Source: Callorhinchus milii
Lineage: Eukaryota
Assembly (NCBI RefSeq): GCF_018977255.1
Contig: NW_024704742.1
Location: 68,016,001 to 68,080,000, forward strand
DNA length: 64,000 nt
Direction: 5' to 3'
The notes under the pieces were generated by a model. That model was not told the DNA's origin and made no database searches. It saw only the letters and a program-made list of their open reading frames with translations. Each line of letters starts with the position of its first letter. Position 1 is the first letter of the stretch. This document shows, piece after piece, positions 25,096 through 46,200 of this stretch. The translations under genes were made by a program, and so were the position numbers.

Positions 25096-28000
25096 TTATT
25101 GTAATAGTCCCTTCAAAATTAAATAATAATAATTTGATCACTCAATCCACGACTATTTGTGGGACATTGCTGTGCGCAGTTGGCTGCTGCGTATTGCCCA
25201 CAAAATACACAGTCAATTCAGTTTACAGTATATTCTGTAAAGTGGTTTGAGACGTCTCAACGACCAGATAAGGTGCTATATCAAATGCAAGGATTATACG
25301 ATTATAATTGCATAAAATAGTACAACTGCTTTGAGATCCAAGATTCCCGATCAACAGAAATGCGCAAAACCTGAAGTTGAGAGAGCTGAGCTCAGGAACT
25401 CAGAAAACAAAGTAAAACTGTTTACTGTAAGACTTTGTGGGCAGAATAAACTGTGGGCAGTGTGGAAATATGGAGACTACACCTGCATACACAGGTGCAC
25501 TTAACATTTCACCTACAGTCTGAGGAGATCACAAGAAAACCACACTGGCTCAGTATGGAGTCCAATTAGAGCAGCTCATTTGATGTGTAGCCTCTCTTGA
25601 TGAAAACCATCTACGAGCAGGGAAACAAGGGAGAAAGGTAATGAAATAAAAAAACTTTTTGTTTGCAAAATGAAGTAGCCATTTTATAATAATAAACCTT
25701 GCATTTGATATATAATAATAATAATAATCCTTGCATTTGAGATATGGGGCTTTATCACATGGTTGAGACATCTCAAAGTGCTTCACAGAATATATTGTAA
25801 AGTGGACCAAAAGCAGAAGTCACTGGGAACACTCAGCAGGGACCTTATCGCCCTCTGGCTTCAATATTGATTTGAACCATTTCAGACCACAACAGCTCAC
25901 ATTCCCCTCTTCTGTGACCATTACCACTTCATCTGGGTCTCAGATACACCTTTTCTCTCTCTGGTCTGTTTTTTTTGTTGCAATTTCCTCCCCCCCACCT
26001 TTTTGTTTTGCATTATTAACACCACTTTTCCCCTGTTTTATTGCAATCCCCCTTTGTTTTGCATCATTAACACCTCTTTAACCCATCATCCCTTGTCCTC
26101 TATCCCATTTTCTCCTTTGTCTTCTCGTATCATCAACAACAACAAAATTACATTTGGAGAGAGCCTTTCAAGTCGGGAGGACGTCCCAAAGCGCTGAAGT
26201 ATCAAAGTGTTGTGTGATGTTTAGCATTTGTATAAAGAACAAATTTTAATGTCACCCCTGAGGAATGGCACTTCTGACGATACAACATTCCCCAGTACTG
26301 CAGTGAGGCATCAACACTGACTATGATTTCAAGGTCCAATATGGGGCTTAAACCCACAACCTTCTGACCCACAGGGAAGGATGAAGACTTTCCTTTTGCA
26401 CATTGATTGTTTAGTCCCAATTTGACACAAGCCAGCTCACACATAGCATAGGTTAGCACTTTTCTTACAGCATTAGATATTTATGGCATTGGTCAACTAC
26501 TACTCAGCTCCTGTTGACCCTGCAAGCCAAAGCCCTAATGGTTAGGGTGGTCCTAGCTGGACAAGCATTGGAAAAGCTTGCTAGGCAGTACTATTAATAG
26601 CAAGTTATGCGGTTTCAGCTGGTTAGACCCCAACGAATACTCTGAGGTCCCAAAGCCTTGGTTCTTGCCAACCTGCACTTAATACTTTCTGGAATTAGGT
26701 AAGCAGGATATGTCCCTCCAGGGAGAGAGTGTGCATTCTATTCTAACAATCTATCTCTGGGATTTCCATGTGTAGGTGGGATGCACAGAATTCTCAGTTT
26801 GGCTTGGATGCTCTTAAACATGTGAGGTGTCATCAGTCAAGTTAACAATCAGTTGCAATGCCACTGTGTGGTGATTAGCTAAATTGCAGCATTTCACTTG
26901 TTCAGATGGTGGCAGAAAGTGACAGACTTCCAGAGATCAAACTTTCTTCAGAGCTATGGATTCAGAATGATCAAGTCATCAAAAGGCCTTCCTTTTCGAC
27001 TATGCTTTCAGTCATCTTCCCTCCTCCATCCCCCTTGCCCTAAACCCCTCTCTGAACGCAAACCGTAGCTCGGGTGCAAATCCCTCATTGTTCAGCGCTT
27101 TGGGACATCCTCCCGACGTGAAAGGCACTATATAAATGGAATTTGTTGTTGGTTTTGTTATTTGACAAGTCTGGACTTTGCACAGTAACCAATCAGGTAT
27201 AAAAATGGGTAGTTCAGTCAGGAATGATGAGATTGTAATTATTATTTCAATAGATGTTTGTACAAAAAGGACCCAGGAGACAGCTGAAGACATCACCTCT
27301 AACTCTAAATTGAAATACCCACAGTTCTAGTCCCTATAACATCAATTTGCAACCTTCACCCAGGGTAGGGTCTCGAAGTCTGAATTTAAAGCCCTATAAA
27401 TAAACAACATTCATTTTTTTTATTGCGTCCATAATGTCAAATAGTCTCAACGTGCTTTACAATAATTACTGTCAAGTTTAGTGACTGTTTTGCAGGCAAA
27501 TTTGACAGTCATTTGGTGCAAAGGTTGCAATTAATTAATTATGAGTATTGCTGACCATGAACTCAGGAGAAACTCTTTCCTCTTTTTAAATAGTGTTGTG
27601 GCCACCTTGTGTAAGGAAAGAGTTAAGATAAAAAACATAAACTAAAATGTTAACTGGAAAAAAACATTGTGGCCTTGACTCAGTGCTTTGGGATGTCTCC
27701 CCGACATGAAAGGCACTTTACAAATATAATTTGTTGTTATTGTTGTTTACCAGGAATATGCCTTCTGATAAGGAGAAGTAGTGAGAACACTTGGAGGAAA
27801 ATATTTTAAGTGGGATTAATCACGTGGACACCTGGTGGTATGAACACTGCTGATAAACATGCCCTACAGCATCGGGCCTATGAGCTTTAACTACAACGGG
27901 TGTATCTGCTATTTTACAGGTCTGGGCTTTACCCAGTACCTAATCAGGTATAAACATACATAGTTTAGTCGGGTACAATGAGATGCAGATCTGATGACTC

Positions 28001-28664
28001 CCAGTTGCCTGCTGCTCTCCCAGGGATAGGTAAATGATCAATACTTAATTCTCTGATTACCTGGTTGCTACCATTATTGTGGTGTGTCTTGTGATAGTGT
28101 AAAGGTTATTGCTCTTTGTATAATCATTGACTGTGGAATTATAATAAAGGAAACAATTGTTTAACATCCAAATTGTGTGCACTCCATTTCATCAATACTT
28201 ATATAATAGATACAACGATTCCTTACACTTGACATTGACCTGAACAAGCAAGACTGGACCTCAGTTTAATGTCTCATTCAAAGGACAGTACTTCCAACAA
28301 TACTATACTTTTCCAGTAATATACTGGAGTGCCAGACCAGGCTATGAGCTAAAGTAACAATATGGGCTTGAACCCATAACGTTTTGAAACTCAGAGACAA
28401 GAGTGCTACCAATTGAGCTCTTGTTGTTCATTCTCCAACACAAAGATGGACAACAACATGTTTGTAAACTTGTTGGTCTTCCTCAGGCACCCTTGACTTT
28501 CTCACCTCTGAGAAAACAAATGCTAACTTCTCAAATCTCTTCACAACTGAAATCTCCTCATCCGTGCTAACATGACTTAATCTATGACGAGCTTTATTTT
28601 TACGTCCCAAGTACCGCATAATACAATACCCCAAACTGTACACAATACTTTGCATTTCTACAGT

Positions 28665-29135
28665 TGCAATCTCAGTTGATAGCACTTTTGCCTCTGAGTC
28701 ATACAGTTGTGGGATAAACCCCCACATCTGGACCACAATTCACAGTCCAGACTGACATCCAAAGCAGTTCTGGGGGAGCACTGCATTGTTGGAGGTGCCG
28801 TCCTTAAGAAGAGATGCTAAACCCATGTTCTGTCTGCTTGTTATGATAAACGTTAAAGATCCTGTGACACTATTCCAAAATGAACGATTTTTCCCGGTGT
28901 TCTGGCCACAATTTGGTCATTCAATTGATGGATGTTTATGGGACATTATTGTGTGCAAATTTGCTTCTGTGTTCACCTATAAAATACACAGTCACTACAC
29001 TTTACAATAATTCTGGGACATTACCCTGTGTGAGGGGCGCTATATAAATGCAAGTTGTCGTTGTAATTCCTGTGAGGCTCTTTAAGACATTCTCCCGACA
29101 TGAAAAATGTTGTATGAAATACAAGTATCATTATT
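28665..29135 (+). mobile_element. DeuSINE-type SINE
   Basis: ctcagttgatagcacttttgcctctgagtc head; gttaaagatcctgtgacactatt core; L2-like tails. Confidence 0.7.
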
Positions 29136-29226
29136 TATTTATACTATTATTGTAATATATAACTAATTTCTATAGAATAATTATGGTCAAAAAAGGCACA
29201 CTGTTGTAAAATTATATAGTCTTATT

Positions 29227-29800
29227 GACGGGGATGGTGTTTCGACCACAAATATACTGTACAAAATAGGTGACCTTGGCCATGTGACTTCAATCTCAAA
29301 TCCCCAAGTGGAGGAAGGAGACTGCCGCTTCCTAACCAATGAGATATTACAAGAGGACTATTCTAATTTGCTCAAAGCGGATATTTTTGCCCTGAGTCTG
29401 ACCAACACCCTGGCTGCAGGAGTGGAAAGACTGCATCCCAATGACATGGCCTGGCATTACATCAGAAAAGGCAACCTTCCCACAATACCTTTGCAGTTGT
29501 CACATGAATTTTGCGGTCTACTGAAGTTGATGGTTCATCCAAATCCAACTGAGAGGCCTTCAGCAGCTGCCCTGACTAAACACCCCGCACTTCACAGAAC
29601 AATGGGAAAATCAGCAGCACAGCTCCGCAAGGAGCTCAACTGCCATGTTGGAAAGGGAGCTGATGAAAGCTCGGCTGTCGCAAGCCTTCCCTCGGACAGA
29701 CCTCACAGAAGTCTTCCACCCTTGAAGAAGGACCTCCTGCCAGGGAAGAAGAACCAACGGTTGGTGGGAGGCAGAAGCAATTGGTCACCACAGTGAGCCA
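29227..29800 (+). pseudogene. WEE2: Processed, 5'-truncated WEE2 (Wee1-like kinase) pseudogene
   Basis: [11 protein letters not shown]...[18 protein letters not shown]...KADIFAL...[10 protein letters not shown]...RPSAAAL...QLRKELN, then a deletion/frameshift at about 29640 continuing [11 protein letters not shown], and later RLVGG. No introns, no kinase N-lobe or catalytic loop. The residues fit WEE2 better than WEE1. Confidence 0.82.
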
Positions 29801-29875
29801 ACTGTAGTGGCTACTGAAGCCATCGCTGTGCAATGCTCTCAGGAAAGATTCGAACCTGATGAACCAGCTTACTCC

Positions 29876-30078
29876 AATCTCTCCAAAACAAAAAACAATA
29901 ATAAATTGGTCATTTTCAATCCACGACTGTTTGTGGGACACTGCTGTGCGCAATTGGCTGCCGCGTTTCGCCCACAAATGTACGATCAATTCACTTTACA
30001 GTCTATTCTGTGAAACGCTTTGAGATGTCGAGAAGACGTGAAAAGCGCTATATCAAATGCAAAGATTATTATTATTAT
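29876..30078 (+). mobile_element. 5'-truncated tRNA-SINE abutting the WEE2 retrocopy
   Basis: Matches the 3' 200 nt of the full-length copies and ends in tatcaaatgcaaagattattattatt. Confidence 0.85.
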
Positions 30079-30270
30079 ATCTATGTTTTTATAATCTTAG
30101 AATTTCCACTGACAGTTATCAGAAATGAAAAGATACACAAGAGGTTCAGGGTTATGAAAATAACAATAATTTGGTATATTCTGTACAGTATATTTTTGGT
30201 ATAATATACAGTATATTCTGTGAAGTGATTTGAAGCCTGACCAGAGCACTGTAGAGCCTGAGCATGACTT

Positions 30271-30640
30271 AATAATGATAATCCTTGCATTTGATATAGT
30301 GCCTTATCACGTCTTCGAGACATCTCAAAGCACTTTACAGAATATATATGAAGCGCTTCATATTTTGTGGGCGAAACGCGGCAGCCAATTGCACACAGCA
30401 ATGTCCCACAAACAGTTGTGGATTGAGTCGACAAATTATTATTATTATTTTCTTTGAATGGAATGCCTCAAGAAAGCGATCCGCCAATCGACTAACAGCC
30501 AGGTTCCTATTTACTGCTAAAGGCAGTAAATAAAACAGAGGCGTGTGGTGTAAGAAAACTTGCCTAACATTTCGCCTCGTCTGGGAATCAAACCCAGGTC
30601 CTTTCACTTCCAAAGTGAGTGCTCTAGCCTATATGCTACA
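30271..30640 (-). mobile_element. tRNA-SINE, older long variant with an extra internal segment
   Basis: Same head and tail plus the gaaagcgatccgccaatcgactaacagccaggttcct...aacagaggcgtgtgg segment, also at about 17025-17330, 22095-22365, 32170-32415, 51880-52140 and 53475-53800. Confidence 0.8.
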
Positions 30641-33600
30641 AACTTCTGGGGTTCTGACTCAACTCAACTGATTTGGATGATCTGGGCCTTCCAAGCTATT
30701 TCAGAACAAGCAACATAAATTGATTTATTAGTTTATTGCATCTATAATATACATTTTCTCACAGCTGTGTGGATGAAAACCGAGCCACAATGTAAAAACC
30801 CCCTCAATTCTCACCTTCGAAAGGGTTAAGCTGATCCCTTCAATAACAAAGAGTTTATCTGTTGTAACATGGCTTTGCAGGAATTGGCCTACATAACATT
30901 TTCACCACATTATCAACTGGTTAAGCAGGCAACGCCTGCCTCGCAAAACCAAGCTCAGGGTGGTTGTATTGAGTGGTTTATAGGTCGCAAACCCTGGTGC
31001 AATCAGTCCTTGCTCTTTCTGCAAGAAGTGTAATTGCAAACGGCTAAACAGAGAGGAGCATGAGTGAGGGGCGGGGGAGGAGCTGGAGGCAAAAGGGTGA
31101 GAAGAATAAAGAGTCTAGACAAGCAATCCTTGGATGAATTGTAATTCAACCAAAATAACAGCTTGAACAAAAATGAATCAAAACCACAAGTATCCATTCC
31201 TGATATGATAAACTCATGTATGTGCCATTGCCTCTCTGTGAAATTATTGCCGAGGCTCAATAATAATAATAATAATAATCCTGGCATTTGATATAGCATC
31301 TTATCGGGTCATTGAGACACTGCAAAGCGCTTCACAGGATATACTGTAAAGTGGATTGACAGAATTTTTGTGGGAAAAAAGCGGCAGCATATTACCTCCA
31401 ATGTTTCCTCTCTCCAATTCAACAATCATGTTGTGTGCAAATGCTTTATCTAAACTCTATTTCATTGTAACAGACGGTGCAGGGTTAAGAAAACTCTCCC
31501 ACACATTTGAAACTGAAAAGGTAATTCCTCCCTTTCGACATTACCATTTACAACCATCATTTGTCACAAGCCCCCATACAGACCAGTTTCTATATCACTA
31601 TAAATGTTACCATCCTTATCTATCTATGGCGTGATTGCTACTACTCTGATCATTCTGTTTTCAATGAACGTGTGTTATCCCCTCAGTTTCTATATTACTG
31701 TAGATGGGACTGCCTTATCTATCTATAGATCGTGCTGGCTGTTAATTATATCAACCTGTTTTGAATGTGGAAACAAAGCCGTGAAACTATTACTGTTGGG
31801 CAAGTTTCTGAATATCAAGATTTCACATGACAGAATTTTATCAAGAGATCTATGTCCAAATACACTTTTCGTGCCAATTGAAATTGGCATTTTCTTTGCA
31901 TACCGACTCGGATTAACGCATCTAAGTGATAAATATCTCTGATTTTTGTATCTTATCTCAGACCTAAATAGAAGCAGAGAACTCTCGTCATGGCAAGTCC
32001 TCATCCTGTTATTCACAACCTGTGGACTGACTACTTAAGCACAAAGTGCACACATTCTATTGACTTGTTCAGGATCTTGTTATTAGATCTGAGTCCAAAG
32101 TTTGTATGCCAGACAGTGCCGTCACACAGCAGTACACAAGCAAGAAGGTAGTTTCTCACATTCTCCTCAGCCAATTCCACAAATAGTCGTGGATTGCGTG
32201 ACCAAATAATTATTATTTTTTCAATTTTTTGAAGGGATTATTACCTCCGGAAAAGAGATTTGTCAATCAATTAACATCCGGTTCCTACTTACTTCTAGGT
32301 AAACAGAGGCGTGTGGAGTAAGGAAACTTACCTAACATTTCGTCCTGCCCGGGAATCAAACCCAGGTCTTCTCGCTTACGAGGAGAGTGCTCTAAACACC
32401 AAGCTACAGGACTCCTGTGAAGTGCTTTGACTCCTGACGTGAAAATCACTATATCAAATGTAAGGAATATTAGTATAATAATTTGAGTTTAAACTATCAA
32501 AGCACTCTGAGACGTTATTCTATGGTAGCCAAATTTTTAATTAATTGAATTTAATGAATGGGGGAGACCGACAAGAAGAGCATTAATTGCTCACAAAGGC
32601 TTACAATTAATGATAAACAATAATGTTGCAGGAATGAACCATTCGGAGGTACCCTCACCTCAGAAATTACCTCAGAGCAAGTGCAGCAAACAACATTTTG
32701 AAGCTGCAAGAACAACCGTGCAAGTTTTGAACAGCTCAGGCTTACAGTGCTGATATACAGTTTAAATATTACTGGAAATGCAGAAGAATATGTTTCTCTG
32801 AACCAACTCTATTCATGCCACAGACCCACATAAAACAGAGCAACTCCACAGGCTATAACAGCACACTTTGCAACAATAGGAATAAAATTAAACAGTAGCA
32901 TTTTAGCAGCTTAAGATTGCAAAAAGTATCCTATGTCGAATTGCTTTCTAACTAAAGGTATAGTTGAGAATAAACATGATTATGCCCAAACTAGGAATCA
33001 AGACAATTGTAATTTTTCTGAGTGAGGGCATTAGCAAATACAACAGGGAGAAATTCCCTGCTCTTCTTTGAAATAGTGGCAGGGAATCTTTCCACATTCC
33101 CGTGAATTTTCTGTCCTCTTGACACTTGAAACAGAACTGAAGATCGTTCAATAGAACAGCATAACATTGTAGAATGTTTCAGCACATATATATATATATA
33201 GGCTACAACGACTGAACCAATCTACTCTGATGTTTTTCTCTCCAGGTCACCTAATCTACTCCTAATTTTTTGCTTCTTCCCCACGCACTTTAACATTCTT
33301 TTTTCAAGCATCTAATTTCTCCGTTAAATAATTTACATACACAACGGCTTGCGGCAGAGAATGGCTCAGCCCAACCACCCCTCTGTACAGACACCATCTT
33401 TCTCTAACCTATCATTTAATTATTTTGGTGATTATTTCAAATTTGTGCCCCCAAGTTCCTGACTCACTGCCAAATGTAAATACTCTTATTACAATTTAAC
33501 TTCTGAAGACATAGTTTGTATTAAATATTTTATATTAACTAGTGGTTTTCACAGCCTTTTTCGCCCAACAATTTTTTTTGCATATTTTCATAGTAATCCT

Positions 33601-33779
33601 GGTATTTGACACTTGTACTTAACCTTTTCACATCATCTCTGAATTTCCCTTGCTCAAGACACACACAAACAAACATACTGCTTATCCGTAGTCTCAAACT
33701 CAAAAAAAGAGGAGTGGGGAGGCAAGGGGGGAGAGAAGACAATTGAAGCTGAGTTCTACCACAATGTGGTTTTATTAAT

Positions 33780-34052
33780 AATAATAATCCACGTATTTGA
33801 TATAGCGCCTCATCACATCACAATCTCCCTTCTCTTTTCGAATAGCACCGTGGAATCTTTAACATCCACCTGATCAGGGAGATGGGACCTCGGTTTAATG
33901 TCTCATCTGAAGTACGGCATCTCTGACAATGCAACACCCCCCCAGCACTGCATTGGAGTGTCAGCTTAGACTGTGTGATTCCAAGTCCCGACGTGGGGCT
34001 TGAACCCACAACCTTCTGAATCAGAGGTGAGAGTGATACCACTGCACCAGGC
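33780..34052 (-). mobile_element. DeuSINE-type SINE 5' part
   Basis: Well-preserved head and core (caggtggatgttaaagattccacggtgctattcgaa). Confidence 0.75.
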
Positions 34053-34831
34053 AATGTACTGCACTATTTAAAGAAACATTCAAGTTCAAAGACTATAATA
34101 GCAACACTTTCTAATAATCTAATATCTTTCCAATAATAATCCCTCCAAAACAAACAAAAATAATAAATTGGTCATTTTCAATCCATGACTGTTTGTGGGA
34201 CATTGCTGTGCGCAATTGGCTGCCGCATTTCGCCCACAAATATACAATCAATTCACTTTACAGCATATTCTGTGATGCGCTTTGAGACGTCTAGAAGACG
34301 TGAAAAGTGCTATATCAAATGCAAGGATTATTATTATTTCTCAAATTCTGTTATGTCTCCAAAGCAATTGAGACTCTAAAGAGAGGTTTGAAGAGATGTT
34401 AAGTTAAAATGTGACGTTATACCACATTCCATCAGAGGGGCATTGGCTCTACAAACAAGGGCCTGCCTCCACTCCTGAGGAACTCACTTGACAAACTATA
34501 TCTCATAGGAGAACCAAGTTACCAATCCTTGTAAGTGGTGCAGATCTTACCAAGATATTTGCTCAGAGTCCAAGCCACACGTTGGTGTACAACAAATTAC
34601 ATTTGAATATCTGGCCTTTCACGTTGGGAGGATGTCACAAGGGACTGAACTATTCATCATCCCTATATAGTTTCTTGATACTCAAAGCGCTTCCCAGAAT
34701 CTATCGTAAAGTGGATTAACTGTGTATTTTATGAGCGAAATGCGGTACCAATTGCATAAAATTGGTATAGCATTTCATTGTATAACAAAAAGGGATCCTT
34801 TCAAACGTATTCCTTGTTAATAAGAAAATGG

Positions 34832-34837
34832 TTTATT
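34832..34837 (-). terminator. Likely poly(A) signal (AATAAA) of KRCC1
   Basis: AATAAA on the minus strand about 330 nt after the stop; a second one lies at 35100-35105. Confidence 0.5.
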
Positions 34838-35162
34838 AAATGCTGCCTGAATTTGGCCAACCCAAAAAGCTTTCACAAAATGTCAAGGATAACTCAAGAT
34901 GTTGCTTTAATCAGCATTACATTCCACAAATGAGGTCATGGCTCATTTCAAATGGGACAAAAATCATCAAAGTTCAACAAACAGAGCCCAGAGGCAACAA
35001 ACACACAGATGTTACTCTCACAATGTTGATTCACCATTGCGGGAAAAAAACATCAAAAATAAAAAGATCTTTCAACACATTCGTTAATAAACGTACACTT
35101 TTATTCTCAGCAGAAACAAAGCCCATTGGTTAGGACTTAGTCCGACAAAGTAGTTGTCGCCA

Positions 35163-42235
<7,073 letters not shown>

Positions 42236-42984
42236 TATATCTGCAAAGAAACGTGTCCAAAATGTCAACAATAACATCCTGAAAGAATTACTCCTTCAAC
42301 TTCATGTCTGTATCCACCCAGCTCAGAGCTCACAAGAGAAGTTCAGATGAGGCCCTTAGGCTCATTCTATGTCATACTTCCATTATACCAACCCAACTGT
42401 CTTCCTGTTATGGTACCAATACAATACATACTTATACAGCATCTTTCACATTGGGAGAACATCCCAAAGCTTAGTGCTTGGTAACCTATTCCAGCTTTTA
42501 ATTACCCTCTGAATGAAGAAATGTTGAAAATGTAGAGCATGCAGAATGCAAAGATTATTTTTTAAGTACAGTTCTTCTTTGTGTTTGTCTTAAAATTATC
42601 CTGAATCAGTATCCATTAACCTGCATATCTGAAAGGTACTGTAACATAGAATACATATTTATTGCCCTTCGTAATTCACTAACCAATCCAGATTTATTAT
42701 TTTACTGGTAATTAAATGAACTGAATACATGCAAATTAAGTTTAATGGTTTTTTTAAACTTAGTTGAATAAGTTAAATTTGCATTCATTGAAAATTCAGC
42801 TTTAATTTATCATTTATGCCTAACATAATTAATGGTAATAATTTGGTAGTTTTTGTAACTAAAATGTGAATTTAACAAAGAAGTTCCTTTTTCTCTCTCC
42901 CATATGTATTTAGATCAAACGCACTTGATTTTCACATTCTTGAAAACATTTATTAGACTGAAATGTAATCCTTGTGAGTTGCAA

Positions 42985-43250
42985 AAATAAGTTCATGTCT
43001 TTAGGAAGGACATCAGAGCCATAAGATGATGGAGAGGAGATTTATTAAAATGATACAGGGCTGAATGGTATTGGCTGACTTACTTAGTCAGAGGAATTGG
43101 CTGACTTACTTAGGATCAGAGAAGATTGAAGGGTGACCTGATAGAGGTCTTTAAAATGATGAATTGGTTTGATAGAGTAGATAGGGAGAAATTATTTCTG
43201 CTATTCGGTGAGTCACTAAAGGGCATCATATTAAGATTAGGAGATTTTTT
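42985..43250 (+). mobile_element. Degraded CR1 fragment
   Basis: RRLKGDLIEVFKMMNWFDRVDREKLF. Confidence 0.75.
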
Positions 43251-46200
43251 TNCCCCCAAAGAGTGGAAGTCAAGGCAGGATCCAGATTATGTCTGTTTGT
43301 GGAACACTTGTATGCACAACTGGCTGCCATGTTTCACCCACAAAATACACACTCAACCCACTTTACAGTATATACTGTGAAGCGCTTTGAAACGTCTCAA
43401 CTATGTGATAAGGCGCTATATCAAATGCAACGGTTGTTATTATTATTATTAAGAGGTATGCTGCTAGATATGCTTTGCAATTCCCTTTAGGAATCTTAAT
43501 TTGAGATCCAATGTGCACACAATTAAAATCTACTTAAAATGTATTTTAACTAATGTCCAATTAATAACATTCTGTAGTTAGATTATATTACTCACTCACA
43601 GGGATACAAATGTTAAGTGGTGCAAATATTGATTATTATTGCATCACATTATTTACAGAATTAAGAATGCTGTGCATTAAGAATTAAGAAGCAGTGCTTA
43701 ACGCTGCATTTGCTGCTGCAATGATTTTCTTAAAACATTTTTTTAAATCCAGTCTTAATATGGAAGCTAATTCATTTTAATAACTGAATTTACAAAATTT
43801 AAAAACTTCTATGTGAACTAAGTTTTAAGACATTGGTCTTAAGGCCAAGACCTTGAGAAAATTTTAGGCCTCAACATAATATTAAGATCCATTTACATGC
43901 CAATTACAAAAGGATCAAGTGTCAAAAACTTTTGTTCTAAATCTAAAGCACAATAAACTGTAATAATTTCAAGATTTGATTTGGCAGATATTAAACAGAT
44001 TAGTTTAGGACAATTCAAAACTTTTGAAAATGTGTTTGACACAATGAATTCCACGATTCTCTCAAATATTTAAATCAGTGAAAGCTTCATCCTGCTTTTT
44101 CTGGACACTGCATGTCCAATTGACTGAAACTGCAGGCAATCCAGCCTCCACAAGGCAACACAAAACACCCGAATGCCAGGTGCTGAATCGCGGTTTGGTA
44201 TAAAGCAAGACTCACTCAAGTGCCTGGTTGTTCCAGCTCAGATTCAAATACCAGCTGAACGCACCTGTGCAACTGGTCACAATATAACCAAACAATGGTT
44301 GACCTCTGAATTAAACTCCCGTACCCATTTATGTAAGAAAGTAATCATTTCCCCGTTTTATGTTAGTTCCTTGTGATGATTCTACATTAACAATGACGCT
44401 CGCCAGGCATGACCAAACTGCTGCAGAAACCTGAGCTTGAACAGTTTTGATTGAGCTCTCAAGAACTCGGATATCGATACCTCCAAACAGCAGAATGTCG
44501 CTGAATCTTTTAGTATCGCTCGGAAGGAGCACTCAGTAGTGTACGACTTGGAGGAATAAGGGTGACTGAAGCCCAAAATTCCAAATGTTCTTAACATTTT
44601 AAGGGAAAAAATAAAATTCAGTCTTAGCTTGGAAGCTGGTTTTCCGCAGTTTTTAAATAACAAATTAAGAGTGAATTTGAGAATTTTTCAAAGACTAATA
44701 GTCTTAAGTCGAAGGACGTCCTCCCGACGTGAAAGGCGCTCTATAAATGGAATCTTGTTGTTGTTGTTGTTGTTGTTGTTGAAGGCAGTGAGAAATTTCA
44801 GGCCTCTGAGTTGAGAGGGCTGATTCAGACATTATTCTTAGAAGAGATTTGCTGTGGGCAATATATTTCAACACGAACCCTAGGTAAAGGGCCCAACACG
44901 AACAGTGCAGGACATCACCAAGGTTAGAGTAGATGAAATGTCAAGATAAGTTGAAGTTTAGGTTGCATCAATCTTTGGTTTTAAAAGCCTGGAAATTATA
45001 GGAAGAAGGAAAATAAAGGTATTGAGAGTGGTTGGGCTAGTGTAAGAGATAAGTCTTGGCTTTAACACTGAGAGACTCTGGGGAGGTACAGCATGGAGCT
45101 TTAAGCAGCAAGCCTAAGGGAGAAAAAATATTCAGTGGAGCAATGAATGAAGAAGTATTTATACAAAGGGCAAGACAAGAAATATTGCAGCTGGCAGAGA
45201 CTTTGGCTTTGTGAAGGTTATGTAGTTAACAGACACAAGCCAGATGAAGGTATCATGCGAACAGGACATTGAACATATATCCTGAATCCAAAGATTGGCA
45301 TAGAATACAGATCAAAGATGATCTAAAAGGAAACTCTCCACCACAAGTAAGCCACAGGAAGATGACGCCAAGGCATAAAAAATAAAGTACTGCATTTGTT
45401 GACCAAAAAGTTGGTGCTAGAAATGTTCAAAACTAAAACTGTTTTGGTACAGTGAAACCATTACTGAACTGGGTGATACAGTTTATTATTTCTGATTGAA
45501 ATACACAGCTAACAAAGAGAACCCCAACCATATAAAACACTGCATTAACTTTTCTCACACGTGTTGGGCTTTACCCAGCTCAGACTGACATACAAACGAC
45601 ATCAGATTTCAGTCAACTATTGAGGGCTCTTATCAAAATTTTTTTGCAAATGTTCAGATAAATACCAGTGCAACCAAATTCGCATCATTTCAAAAAGTAA
45701 CATCAATCAATTTCCTGAATGATGAAACAACAAAGGAAATTATTATCTTCAGCTGAAAAGTACTAAATGTTTTTAACATGGCGCTGTGGTCAAAACTGCG
45801 GCAACATAATATCATCACTTTTGAGGTAACTACAAGTAGATTCGTCAGTTGGACGTTCTCTGGTTACCTTCACTCGTCAAAATGTTTATCACGTCTCACT
45901 GCCGCCCACAACACATCCACTATTCACATCATGAGAAGATTTATGAAGAAGGTCCTTTGACTCATTTCATCTTTCCACAATACAAACCCTACCGATTTCC
46001 TTTGAAAATATCAATCTGGCCTTTACTATTCTCACCCGCACTAGCTATTTACCATGCTTACTCATATAACTCCTTATTACCCTCTGTGCAAAAAAATCCT
46101 TCATATCTGTTTCAAAACTACTCTTCACAACCTGGACCTATTTACTTTTTCGATCCAATTTCTACAAGGCTCCTTTCGGACATTTCTTTTCTAGACTGAA

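Noticed and set aside
29284..29796. 170-aa ORF as a functional WEE kinase
   Set aside because: No N-lobe or catalytic loop, no ATG start, substitutions at conserved residues and a frameshifting deletion.
31604..32016. Overlapping 97-112 aa ORFs in unique DNA
   Set aside because: No recognisable domain and no convincing splice pattern.
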